A DNA stretch of 64,000 bases from Macrostomum lignano (taxonomy: Eukaryota). The DNA is taken from contig NIVC01000485.1 in NCBI GenBank assembly GCA_002269645.1, positions 9,108-73,107 of the forward strand, written 5' to 3'. The first letter of the stretch is position 1. Every line of letters begins with the position of its first letter. Of this stretch, positions 40,389-60,430 are shown in pieces. Under the pieces are notes generated by a model. The model did not search any database. It was not told where the DNA came from and worked only from the letters and a program-made list of their open reading frames with translations. The position numbers and the translations under genes were made by a program.

Positions 40389-43300
40389 TTGTTGTTGTTG
40401 TTTTGGTGGTACGCGCCCAGGCAGAGCTAAGGGCAGTGTCTGGCCAGCGCTATCAACCCGAGGGGGTCGGCGGAAATGCTGCTGATGTCTGTCGTGGGTC
40501 CTCCAAGAAGGCGGAGCCTGGTGCCAGCGAGAGCTGGGCAGTCAAGCCAGTGTTCCAGGTCATCGCAGGGATGGCCGCAGCGGTGACATGCCGGGTCGAC
40601 GGCCGGGTCGACAATGCTGCGATACGCGTTGAAAAGAGTGCAGTGACCTGAGCGTAAGCGCGCAAGAAGCACCGCATCGGCACGGTTGGTGATGGAGTCC
40701 TCTTCCAATTGACGGTTGAGAAGCCGGTACGCGTGCCGGGTGCGCTCGTGGCGTATCGGGGGATCGAGGACGGATCTTCTGATGACGTTTTTGGCGCTGT
40801 GGATGCTGATCTGACTAGCGGGAGACACGAGCGTGGTGGCCTCTTTGGCTGCTTGGTCGGCCAGCTCGTTGCCAGGAATATTCTGGTGGCCCGGAACCCA
40901 CTGCCAGGTGATTTCGGCAGATGCAGTAGGTAGTGCAGATCTGATTCTGGGGTTGCCGCTGGCCAGAGCGCGGAGCATAGATTGGCTGTCGGAGCAGATG
41001 TTGGTAGCCGCGGTGAGAGCAGCTTGGTTGATCCAGCCGATGGCGAGAGAGGCGACGCGAAGCTCCTCTTCGAACGAGGATGTGGAGGGCGCGCCGCGCT
41101 GTTGAAGAGTCGCCAGGATGATAGGGTGGGCTGGGTCACCGGTCGTGACGATGGCTGAGGCGCCGCCATTGGTCGTGCCGCCTGATGCCGAGCCGTCGCA
41201 GTAGATGGTGATCAGGCCTGGGAGGTGGCGGATAGTGTCGATGGCCGTGGCTGTGCGCGCGGGACCGGGTTCCGGCAACGCCATGTCGACACGCACGTCG
41301 GTAGAGAAAGGGTCCCAAGGCGGCGGACGAGCAGTGCAGATCATGGCGCGCGGCGTGACCGAGCTAGCTATGAGTGGCAGCAGGTCGGTGACGTGGTTCC
41401 GCCAACTGTTCCTGCGTAGCCTGTGCGCTGTGTTACCAGTGGCGGCAATGCGGCACGGGTGAGAATCCGGGAGGCGCTGAGCTCTTTCGAAGGCCGTCAG
41501 GCATATAACATTGCTACCAGTGCGGACGGAGCAGATGCCAGCTTCCAGCCTAAGGGCCTCAACCGGTGTCGTGCGGTGTTGTCCTGTGACAATACGAAGA
41601 GCTGCGTTCTGCGCTCTCTCCAGCTGTTGAAACGCGGATTCAGAGAGCCAAGGGTGCCAGGCCGGCGCTGCTAAGTTAATGATGCTAAGTTGCATGGCAC
41701 GGTAAATGCGGATCAGGAGTTTTTTGGACCAACCCCATTCCTTGGAGGCCAGGCAGGCGAGGAGACGGCAACGGGAAGTGGTCCGATTGCACACGTGCTC
41801 CAGATGGCTGCGGAAACTCAGAGTGCGGTCCAGTGTGAGGCCCAGCAGCCGAGGCGTTGGATTGTGCCGCAGGTTCCGGCCTTCGATAGAGATAGCCGGG
41901 GACCAGGCGGCTTCGCTGGTGTCCGTGGAGAAAAAGGCGGCCTCGCTTTTGTCTGGGTTTAGGACCATTTTGTGCTCATTGCTCCAGCGGGCCACGTTGT
42001 CGAGTGCTCTTTGCACAGCGCGTTGAGCCTCTAGCTTGTTGCGGTGGCGGGCGCGGAGGGCGATGTCGTCGGCATACATGGAGATCTCTGCCGGCGGGTT
42101 GACCACGTCATTGACCGTGTCAATGAAAATAAGGAAGAGAAACGGAGCGATGACCGATCCTTGCGGGAGGCCCTGGCGCATGATAACCGGTGAGCTGCGA
42201 GGACCGTGGAGTTGCACGCGGGCAATGCGATGGTGCAGAAAGGCCGCAGTCCATTTTATAAAGACAAGAGGGACGCGTTTGCGTGCCATAACGGTGATGA
42301 GGCGCTCACGCCACACTTGTCAAGGCTTTACAGAAATCAAGCAGAGCAATGATCGTGCGTTCAGATGGTTTGAGGTTCATCCCGTCGCTGATGTCTTGGG
42401 TGACTCTCAGGAGCTGATCCTCGCAGGAGTAGTTGGCCCGAAACCCCGCCTGGTTCGGGGAGATCCAGCCGTGGCGCTCAGCCAGGTGGTGCAATCTAGT
42501 GACCAGGATGCGCTCGAGCAGCTTGACAATACAGGATGTGAGGCTGATGGGGCGAAAGGCCGCGATGTCCCGAGCTGACTTTCCAGCCTTGAGCAGGGGA
42601 ATAATAATCGCGGTGCGCCAGGATTGAGCGACGGCCGCGTGCTGGAAGGACCAGTTGAAGAGACTAAGCAGCTCTGCGCGGGCGAGCGGGCCAAGGGCCT
42701 TAATGAACCGAGGCGTGACCTCGTCGGCGCCAGCAGCGCCGTTAGCACGCTGGTGTTGTATGGCGGAGTCCAGTTCCTGCTCGGTGATGGCGGCGTATCC
42801 GTCGTGGGTCGAACCTGGGAGCGGAAGGGGAAGCCGAAGGATGGCTTTGGCTTCTCGGATAGTAGCGCGATCCGAATGGGAAATGTGGTACCTGCTGACA
42901 GAGGCGTACTGCTTGGCAAAGGCGTTGGCTTTGTCTCTAGGGTCTGTTAACACTTTGTTGCCGACCTGGAGGGCCTCATTAGGGCAGTTGGAGTCCGGAG
43001 TGCCGTTAAGGCTGCGGATGAACTTCCACGCCTTGTTCGAGTTGGGCTCTTTCTCAAGATCGGTTATCGTGTCACGCCAAGCAGCCTCTTTCGTTGCCCT
43101 GGCAATTTTGTGAACGTTGGCGCAGGCGCTGAGCCAATCTTCTCTATTCTCGCCAACGGAGCGCCTGAGGCGGTTACGGAGCTTAATCGCCGCTTTGAGT
43201 TCAGGGGTGAGCCAGGGACGCGGTCTGTGCGAGGTACGGACTTTGCCGATGCAAAGGTTTGCCGCTTGCATGACTATATCATTAAAACGTTTGGCTCTGG

Positions 43301-43684
43301 CGTCAAAGGTAAGATGCTCTTTGTGAAGGGCTTTAAATTTGTCCTCGACGACCGTTTGGAAAGCATTCCAGTCGACCCCTTGTTTGCGCCATATGAGACG
43401 GCTTTGGGCCTTAGGCAAGGTCCTAACCTTGAGGTCAAGGCGGATCACAATCGGCGTGTGATCACTGCCGAGGTCATCGGAGACTTGCCAGGTGCATTTG
43501 CTAGCCAGCTTTGAGGAGGCGAAGGACACATCCGTTGAGCTTTCGCCACCTGTGGCTTTATTGACTCTGGTGGGCGAGCCGTCGTTAAGGATTTCCAGTT
43601 GCGAGTCGATGGACCAGTCCAGGAGCGTGGAGCCTCGTTCGTCCTGGGGCTGTATAGGGTCCCAGGCCGGAGAGTGCTCTGTGC
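40389..43684 (-). mobile_element. 5'-truncated RNase-H-bearing LINE B (I-group/Ingi-like)
   Basis: APE C-terminal half (NDGSPT...GSDH), RT (FRPISL, GLPQGS, YADD), RNase H (YCDGS, WVPGH) and a zinc finger, ending in a (CAA)n tail. ~20-bp TSD (TGC)5TGTTG at 40369-40388 and 43685-43704. 1-nt frameshift near 42325. Confidence 0.92.
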
Positions 43685-44042
43685 TGCTGCTGCTGCTGCT
43701 GTTGTGAGGGGCCTGCTCGCCCCCACAAGGCTGAAATTGCTGCTTCAGCGGCCGAACGTTTTGATGCCATGCTTCTGCTGCTGCTGCTGTGCTACTGCGA
43801 TTGCGGCTGATGCTGCTGTGATTGCGACTGTGACTGCTGATGCTTGCGGTTTCTGATGCTGCTGCCGTTTGCTGATGTTGTGACTTCTGCTGTTGTTGCT
43901 TCTTCTGCTGCTAGCTGTGCTGATGCTGCTGCTGTGTTGCCGCTGTTGCAGGCTGATGCTGTTGAAGCAGTTGATGCTGCTGTTGTGGCTTCTGCTGCTG
44001 CTGGCTGCTTTTGCTGATGCTGCAGCAGCAGCTCTCACCCGC

Positions 44043-44050
44043 TTTATATA
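44043..44050 (-). promoter_or_regulatory. TATA box upstream of the polyQ/AT-hook exon
   Basis: Minus strand GGG-TATATAAA-GCGGG, followed by a CAG-rich leader and the ATG at 43770. Confidence 0.55.
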
Positions 44051-45352
44051 CCCTGCGAGAGGGAGGATGGGGTAGGGGCACGAGAGGTGTGCGTGATTTT
44101 CTTTCCCGGGTCTATATTTTCTAGATTAGTGTACGATTGTACACTCGGTTCCGCATTTGGTATAGAAAAGTTGGGGGTCGAAAATACCCCACCAATTCTT
44201 TTCTCATGCGGTATTTTATTGGATCTGAGCGGAGCCACCCAACCAGCATTCTCGCAGGAGTGAAAACTGCTGCTCCGCCAGAGTACAGTCTCTTAATTAG
44301 GAAGACCGCTTCCTCTTGCAGCATGTCTTTTCGACTTGAATTGGATAGAAAACGGTGTTTATTCAAAAGACAATACCTTGGCGGACCAATAATAGCTAAA
44401 TACAGATGAAAAATATGAAAGATGACTTCTGTGGTTTTTAAGGCCCGCCGGTCTCTGCGAGAAAATGGTTGTTAAAAATCGCTGTATCAATTTAAGAACC
44501 TGGGAGAAATGGGGCTTGTGTGCAAAGCATCTGATTGACAGAGGCTCGGGGAAGAGAAATAGTCGATGAAAAGCTCTTGCCATCATCCAAAATATCCATC
44601 AAAGAGTAATAAAGGTGACAGCCCCTGTCGCAAGCCAAATCAGAGACAGAGTTTTCTACTTCTGTTTACGTAATGTTTAGGGATGGACCTGGGGTTATAG
44701 GGACAGAGAGTCAGTTATGGCATTTACGCGGTAGTAAAGAATTGCCTTGGTGAGGCTTGGGTAGGTGTTGTTCTCTCCATATTGGCGAACATTAATAGTC
44801 CTGGGTTGAATTTTGAATATGGCTAGAATGTATAGCGGCCGGAGAATCGTTGAATTGAAGGGTGAATCAACATGCAAAGTATGCAACAAAACCGATTCAG
44901 TGCATCTAAAAGAGGCTGTTGTGAGCTTCAGAACTGAGAATAACGTTTAAAATAGCATCAATGGCATGATGTAGTAATCGAAATCAATTGAATGCTGAAA
45001 ACTTTAGGTTTAATAGGGTAATTGCAGACTGTGTTTTTAGCCCCAATTTTTACAGTGTCTATAGAATATTTCCCCAGCTTCTTGGACAATGTACATGCCT
45101 ATTTGAATGACAAAACAACATTTTTTGATGGTATATTAGCTAAAATTATGATTTCTATTGATAAAATGGCAGATTTTGATCCATAAAGTAAGCATTTTAA
45201 CGTTAAAAATCGAAAAATGAGGAAAACTCGTGTTTTTCATGAAAAAATTGCATTACTAGCAATTTAGCCTCCATTAACTATTTCTTGGGCTGGGCTGTAG
45301 ACTTCCGTGTGGGATTCATTCCTGCTTCGAAGCCGTCTCAAGTAGTTGAAAC

Positions 45353-46965
45353 GGGATAGCTACGTTTGCCTGCGGGACGTTTGCCAGCCGACGTTTGCCT
45401 GCGAGACGTTTGCCAGCCGACATTTGCCAGCCGACGTTTGCCAGCCGACGTTTGCCAGTGGGACGTTTGCCAGCCGAAGTTTGCCTGCCGGACGTTTGCC
45501 AGCCGACGTTTGCCTGCGAGACGTTTGCCAGCCGACATTTGCCAGCCGACGTTTGCCAGCCGACGTTTGCCAGCGGGACGTTTGCCAGCCGAAGTTTGCC
45601 TGCCGGACGTTTGCCAGCCGACGTTTGCCTGCCGGAAGTTTGCCAGCCAAAATTTGCTAGCCAATATAAAGCCAGTCAGTGAAAAATTTGATACTGAAAC
45701 ATTCGCAGTTTAGCGGTTTGACAAAAACCGTTTTTACTCCAACTTTTTGACGGTTATTCGCATGTATACAAGTTTGAAAGCAAAATATATAAATTAATGC
45801 AGTTCATCAGTCTAACGTCTAATATCTAGTTTAACAACGATTTTGGCACAACATATCAAAAGATGAACATTGGGTTTGCCTCGTATGAAAGCAATAACAA
45901 TTGTTGTGCTGAAAAGATGAAAACTTCCTATCTCCCTATGGCCTTGAAAACATTTTTCATAGATTTCGAGTGCTGCGTACTTCTACTTTAGTAGTCCTTG
46001 GCATGACTAAGCTTTGCATACGTAGTGTCTAGCGCTTGCTATTCTACTAGCTTGCTACTGGCGGCTTGTCTGGCTATTCAGCTATATAGCTTACTATAAA
46101 AACGTACCGCATTCGACTCGTCTACACATGTACGTTGAGATCGCGGTTTCCTTGCTTACTTGAGTAGTAATACAACAGAATTGGAATCAATTTGCTTACT
46201 TTTAGATCTCCCAATGAACTGAGAAATATATGAGCCAGAATTACCGCTCAGCAGCTCTTTTTGTTTGCCTCATAACTTAATCGCTGGAGATTCCCGTTGT
46301 AATCTGCGCGTCTTCTTTCGCACATCAAAAATCAAACATCTCAAACTGGGAAAAACGATACACAATTGTCAAAAGTAAACAATATTTTAACATTCAAAGA
46401 AAATCGTTGTTAAACTGGATATTAGATGTAAATCTATATAAATTGCATAATATATAAATTGCATAATGCATAATTGCATAATTTATATAGATTTTGCATA
46501 AATTTCATAATTTATAGATTTTGCTTTCAAACTTGTATATATGCAAATAACCGTCAAAAAGTTGGAGTAAAAACGGTTTTTGTCAAACCGCTAAACTGCG
46601 AATGTTTCAGTATCAAATTTTTCACTAACTGGCTTTATATTGGCTAGCAAATTTTGGCTGGCAAACTTCCGGCAGGCAAACGTCGGCTGGCAAACGTCGG
46701 CTGGCAAACGTCCGGCAGGCAAACGTCGGCTGGCAAATGTCGGCTGGCAAATGTCGGCTGGCAAATGTCGGCTGGCAAACGTCGGCTGGCAAACGTCGGC
46801 TGGCAAACGTCCCGCAGGCAAACGTCCGGCAGGCAAACTTCGGCTGGCAAACGTCCCGCTGGCAAACGTCGGCTGGCAAACGTCGGCTGGCAAATGTCGG
46901 CTGGCAAACGTCCCGCAGGCAAACGTCGGCTGGCAAACGTCCCGCAGGCAAACGTCGTAGACCCC
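45353..46965. mobile_element. Foldback/MITE with ~500-bp inverted arms built of ~15-bp gacgtttgccagcc repeats
   Basis: 45353-~45850 is mirrored by ~46400-46965; GGG...CCC ends; no coding capacity. Confidence 0.85.
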
Positions 46966-47841
46966 TGTGACCCTTTGCATTTTGCGCCTTTTTGAGCCAG
47001 CCGATGCCCAGGTCTAGTATCCTATCTGCAACCATAGGCATTTCCGCTAGCTCATGTAAGAATTTAGTTTGCGTGTAACTGGGAGCACCATAGCATAATC
47101 TCAGGGCTAGATTTTGGGTTTGTTGGAGTTTGGTGATGCTGTCATTTCTGAGTACTTGGAGAATTGGTGCCCCATAGGTCATGGTGCTCTCAACATATGC
47201 TCTGTAGAGCATTTTTAGTGTCTCACTGCTGAGTTTAGTAAGTTTGGAGATTCGATGGATTGACATAACAAGTGCCCTGCATTTGGTGATTACAGCCTCA
47301 CAGTGGGGTTTCAGGGTGAGTTTATAGTCAAGGTTGATGCCCAGAAATTTCACTTCTTTTTGGTAGATTAAGGACGCGTCACCTAGTTTCAGTTCTGGCC
47401 TAATGTCCCTTCTAGTCGGGTTCGCTGGGGCATAGGAAAAAACTATGGCTTGACTTTTGCTAGCGTTTATTTTGATACCTTGTTCTCCGCACCAGGCCCA
47501 AAGGCTGTTTAGGTAGGGTTGAACTACATTTCGGAGTTCTCCGAAGGACTTGGCAGATGCCCAGATGGCCATGTCATCTGCAAATTGACTTTTCCTAATG
47601 TTTGGATGACCCGTATGGGGCATTGTGCTAATGAAGAGCAGGTACAAGAAGGGGCTGAGTATACCTCCCTGGGGAACGCCTGCCATAATTTGAAACGAGT
47701 CACTGAGGATGTTGTTAACTTTGACCCGAAAACTCCTGTTCTCAAGGTAGTTGGAGCAGATCCTGGTGATGGCTGTTGGCAAGTCTATCTGGAACATTCT
47801 ATACCTAATATAGTTGTGGACCATCGTGTCAAAGGTTGTGC
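46966..47841 (-). mobile_element. Non-LTR retrotransposon RT fragment (LINE C)
   Basis: GVPQGGILSP, QFADD and KFLGINLD motifs; the frame is cut by the MITE. Confidence 0.88.
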
Positions 47842-49144
47842 GGGATTCATTCCTGCTTCGAAGCCGTCTAAGGTCAAGTTAAAAACGACATTTGGACACA
47901 TTAGCTGTTGAAATTATGGTTTCCAGTGATGAAACTACTGATTTTGATCAACAAAGTCTGCATTTTAACGTAAAAATGCATAAAAAATGGTGAAAAATTG
48001 TATTTTCTTATGAAAAAATGCACATTTCTAGTCATTTAGCTTTCAAAATAACCAAATTTCTTGTTTGAAATTCCAACTTTACTTTGTATGGAGAGGTCAG
48101 TGCATGATTCATTCCTGCTTCTAACAGATTAAACCGACCGTCTCAAAGACCAAGTCTGAAAGCTTCAAGTGAGAAGGCATGGGGAGGCGGAGAGGTAGAA
48201 TTGAATATTTAAATATGTGGACTTCACTACTTCTAGTATAACGCAAGGGTGACTTATACAATTTACAAAGTTTAGAATCAAGTAAATCAGAATTGCATGC
48301 GGTGATTCATAGGCTGTGTACATTTACAAATGCAGCTGGGGTTTGTCAATGCAGGTAGAGGTAGAGGTTGGCGGACTCGGATTTGTTCAGATTCTTGGGG
48401 TTGATGTGTGCATTAAAAGTTGGTTTCTTGCTAACTGCTTCTATAGGGGTATGGATGACGTAATCGGAGAAGAGAGGGGTTTTGCTGAATGAAGTTTAAT
48501 ATAGGGTCTGTGCTGTGGAAAGATCTGTCTGTACACTGAAAATGGAGAGAGGGTCGAAATTCCTTGGCATTTAGAAGGGGAGAGAGAGAACAGGGGCGAG
48601 TGTTAAAATTTAGCTCGATTTGCTAGGGTCTGCGCTGTGAAGACGAGTCTGGTGAACATCGGAGGGGTGGCTGTTTTCGAACAGTCTTGGGTTGAATTTT
48701 GACTATGGTCCGAGTTAAAGGGTGATTCAAAATTTAGTATAGGAGCTTCGAGGGGTGAGGATATACCGTACAGCAGTAGCAGTTGATAATTACCAATTAA
48801 AGGTCTTGTATCATCCGCACTGTCAATATAGAATTATAAAGCACTGCTTCAACACAGTCCTGCATTTGGGGTCTGACTTGGGGAGAGGCTTGGATGACGC
48901 AACCCCCACCCCATCGCTTGGCGAGAGTTTGTACAGGCCCGCCTCTATATGATAGTATGTGTATTTTATAAGTGATTTTGAATAAATTATCAGCATATTC
49001 AAACCTACAGTCTCCGAGGGTGAAAATGTACATACCTAATTTTTGGGGTATGTGGCGGATATGAGTATAGAGGCTATCGATGTACATATAGACTCCGACC
49101 AGTATTATTCAAATCTGTCTGAGAAATGTACATTGGAAATATAC

Positions 49145-49533
49145 ATTTACGTTGTGAGGTACACAATTAGTTGACTCATTTGGTAGTAGTAGATGAGATT
49201 GTACAACTGTACATGTAGTAGGGTATCGAGTTGTAATTTTGGTGTGCGCGCGGGCCGTCTGGGGATGACACTGTACATGTAGATTAATGCACATACTGCG
49301 TACATATAGAATTGGGGATAGACATGGACAATTGAGATAGATAGGGATTAATGTACATGGGATTAATGTACATATATGAGTACATGGATTAATACGACTA
49401 CATATTGCCATGTATATCACGCTTAGGATACCGTTTTCATATACTACTTACTTCATTTTCAGATAGTAGTATAATTTGCTTTTTTTGCGTCAAAACATCT
49501 GAAAATCAACCGTTAAAGGCGCGATACGTAGTG
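49145..49533. mobile_element. Right inverted repeat ending GTAGTG
   Basis: Reverse-complement match to 27888-28310. Confidence 0.8.
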
Positions 49534-50714
49534 TCACGGCCCCCCAGATACACATTTAGGTCACGGCCCCAGAGATACAAATTTAGGTCACGGCCCCCCA
49601 GATACAGATTTAGGTCATGGCCCTAGATACTTATAGCCCAGGTGTAATCAAGAGTTTTTTACATGTAGTCGATAAATTAAATATTCACTAACCAACTAAT
49701 CTTGCTAGCTATCTTATTGCCTGGAAACTAATAAATTTCATTGTTTTTACTGTCACATTTCAATTGATAAAAATTTTACTAAGTTATCCTGCAATTTCTG
49801 CGATGATGCTGTCTATATAGTCACAGCTTTGCTATTGTTATACTGTAATTATTTTTGTGGCACTATTAAAAAAACTACTTTTTTACTACAAGTACGAGTA
49901 GCATAGATAAATGCATTAGCATAAATATAGTATCAAACAAAACTACACGTGTATTGTTATTAATTTCATACCTACAATATTTCGCTATTTCTACTGTAAG
50001 TAAAGCATTAGGGAAATACTAAGGTATAGAAATTGTAGTTGCATCGCTTAATTTTTTAAAATAAAGTAAAATAAAGATAGGAGCACACAAGCGTTGCAAA
50101 GTGAAATATATATATATAGTGTAGGCAACACCTGAAGTAAAAATCAACAATGAGAAAACTATAAATAAATAAATTTATTTGGGTTAATTAATCAACTACT
50201 ACAGGTTAAAACTCCTTAAATCAGCAAAATAATCACAACACAGCAACACTGTTGATTAATTCTATGCAAATTACTATATAATATTCTCTTTTACCAATCG
50301 GCAAAATAAAATATTGGTAAAATACGTTTCATACTACTCAGTTTATAACTATGTGTAAAAGAACAAGTAAAATTGGGCGACATATAATAGATTTAGTAGT
50401 TCTAAAATAGAAAGGTGGTAAAAACGAAGACCAGAAAATAACTGTAAAATGTAGCAATGTTACACTACTTACTAATTACTGTATATACTACTTCCAAGCA
50501 TCAGGAAAATGAGTAGTACAATGTCGGAGATTTAGGCGCGTAAAACTGCGACAGCAACAGCAAAACAGGCAAGTCAAAAAGTTTTTACACCTTTTTAAAA
50601 CGGCATTCGATTTTAAAATGTAATAGAAATGAGATGACAACCAACTCTTAGAAAGTGGCAACTAGATGCAAGAAAACAGAATTTATTTTTTGAGAATATA
50701 GCGCATATTTCAAA

Positions 50715-52250
50715 GAAAATGGCACCTAATTCTAAGAAACTGGCGAACAATTCCAAGAAAATGGCACCTGATTCTAAGAAACTGGCGAACAATTCCAAGA
50801 CAATGGCACCTGATTCTAAGAAACTGGCGAGCAATTCCAAGAAAATGGCACCTGATTCTAAGAAACTGGCGAACAATTCCAAGAAAATGGCACCTGATTC
50901 TAAGAAACTGGCGAACAATTCCAAGACAATGGCACCTGATTCTAAGAAACTGGCGAGCAATTCCAAGAAAATGGCACCTGATTCTAAGAAACTGGCGAAC
51001 AATTCCAAGAAAATGGCACCTGATTCTAAGAAACTGGCGAGCAATTCCAAGAAAATGGCACCTGATTCTAAGAAACTGGCGAACAATTCCAAGAAAATGG
51101 CACCTGATTCTAAGAAACTGGCGAACAATTCCAAGACAATGGCTCCTGATTCTAAGAAGCTGGCGAACAATTCCAAGACAATGGCACCTGATTCTAAGAA
51201 ACTGGCGAACATTTCCAAGAAAATGGCACCTGATTCTAAGAAACTGGCGAACAATTACAAGAAAATGGCACCTGATTCTAAGAAACTGGCGAACAATTCC
51301 AAGAAAATGGCACATAATTCTAAGAAACTGGCGAACAGTTCCAAGAAAATGGCACCTAATTCTAAGAAACTGGCGAACAGTTCCAAGAAAATGGCACCTG
51401 ATTCTAAGAAACTGGCGAACAGTTCCAAGAAAATTGCACCTAATTCTAAGAAACTGGCGAACAGTTCCAAGAAAATGGCACCTAATTCTAAGAAACTGGC
51501 GAACAGTTCCAAGAAAATGGCACCTAATTCTAAGAAACTGGCGAACAATGCCAAGAAAATGGCACCTGATTCTAAGAAACTGGCGAATAATTCTAGGAAA
51601 ATGGCACCTGATTCTAAGAAACTGGCCAACAACTCCAAGACAATGGCACCTGATTCTAAGAAACTGGCGAACAATGCCAAGAAAATGGCACCTGATTCTA
51701 GGAAACTGGCAAACAATTCCAAGAAAATGGCACCTGATTCTAAGAAACTACTGACGAACAATTCCAAGAAAATGGCACCTGATTCTAAGAAACTGGCGAA
51801 CAATTCCAAGAAAATGGCACCTGATTCTAAGAAACTGGCGAACAATGCCAAGAAAATGGCACCTGATTTTAAGAAAGTGGCGAATAATTCTAGGAAAATG
51901 GCACCTGATTCTAAGAAACTGGCCAACAACTCCAAGAAAGTGGCACCTGATTCTAAGAAACTGGCGAACAATGCCAAGAAAATGGCACCTGATTCTAAGA
52001 AACTGGCAAACAATTCCAAGAAAATGGCACCTGATTCTAAGAAACAGGCGAATAATTTCTAGAAAATGGCACCTGATTCTAAGAAACTACTGACGAACAA
52101 TTCCAAGAAAATGGCACCTGATTCTAAGAAACTGGCGAAAAATTCCAAGAAAATGGCACCTGATTCTTAGAAACTGGCGAACAATGCCAAGAAAATGGCA
52201 CCTGGTTCTATAAGTGGCGAATAATTCTAGGAAAATGGCATATATTTTTC
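50715..52250. repeat. 42-bp (2x21) minisatellite
   Basis: Unit aagaaaatggcacctgattctaagaaactggcgaacaattcc. Confidence 0.97.
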
Positions 52251-52669
52251 TAGGATTAATAAGATATATTTTTCTAAGCGCATTTTTCTAAGAAAGTGTA
52301 ACCTGAATCTAAGAAAATGGCACCTAATTTCAATAAAAAGACGCACAATTCTAAGAAAATGGCACCTGCTTCTAAGAAAATCCCGTATATTTCAAAGAAA
52401 CTGGCACCTAATTACTAAAACAAAAGGCACCAAACTATAAGAATGTATGACACTTGATTCTGAGTAACTGAAGTCTCAATACATGATCACACAAGCTGCG
52501 AATTTAACAAATGGTTAGTCGGGAAGCGAGTTTGTTTAGTAAGAAAATAAAAACATGAGTATATATAGAGAGAGAGAGAGAGTTATTGAGAACAGCACCT
52601 TTTGAAGTCGGGCATGCAAAAAGGTAACGGTTTGTGTTAAAAAGTTCAACAAGGCACCCAGGCAATCAG

Positions 52670-59908
<7,239 letters not shown>

Positions 59909-59939
59909 TTATCGCATGCATTGAGGGGAGATGACCATT

Positions 59940-60430
59940 AGGGTTGAGGGGCAATTTTAGGGTGGTTGAGGGGCGATTTTTAAAGTTGTTAGGCGATTTT
60001 TAGGGTGGTTGAGGGGCGATTTTTAGGGTGGTTGAGGAGCGATTTTAAGGGATTAAGGGGCGATTTTTAGGGAGGTTGAGGGGCGATTTTTAAGGTGGTT
60101 GGGGGCGATTTTTAAGGTGGTTGGGGCGATTTTTAAGGTGGTTGGGGGTGGGCAATTTTTAGGTTGGTTGAGGGGCGATCTTAGGGCTGTTGATGGCGAT
60201 AACTAGCGTTAAGGGTGATTATTAGATGGTTGAGGGGCGATTTTTAAGGTGGTTGGAGGAGGGCAATTTTTAGGGTTGTTGATGGCGATAACTAGCGTTA
60301 AGGGTGATTATTAGGTGGTTGAGGGGCAATTTTTAGGGCGGTTCAGGGGTGATTTTTAGGTTGGTTGAGGGGCGGTTATTAGATGGCTGAGGGGTGATTT
60401 TTAGGGTGGCTGAGGAGCGGTTTTTAGGGT
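59940..60430. repeat. ~20-bp G-rich intergenic minisatellite
   Basis: Unit similar to ggttgaggggcgatttttag. Confidence 0.85.

Larger units (their letters stand above)
38443..43770 (-). pseudogene. LINE-interrupted first exon encoding MASKRSAAEAAISALWGRAGPS-Q11-HQPPAAKRGRPL (polyQ + AT-hook-like)
   Basis: Removing both LINEs and one copy of each TSD joins 43770-43705, 40388-40373 and 38496-38443 in frame. The exon ends at a G|GTGAGT donor and has TATATAAA upstream. Confidence 0.7.

Noticed and set aside
40340-40400. LINE B nested inside the RT of LINE A
   Set aside because: LINE A is simply 5'-truncated at YADD and has its own 10-bp TSD; LINE B has a separate TSD in host repeat DNA.
45338-46995. 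Multiple ADVCQPTFASRRLP-type ORFs
   Set aside because: Open frames on both strands arise from the 15-bp repeats of the foldback arms.
50613-52250. 447-aa MAPDSKKLANNSKK protein, or a CRISPR-like array
   Set aside because: A 42-bp satellite open in several frames on both strands with no unique spacers; no cas genes and a eukaryotic context.
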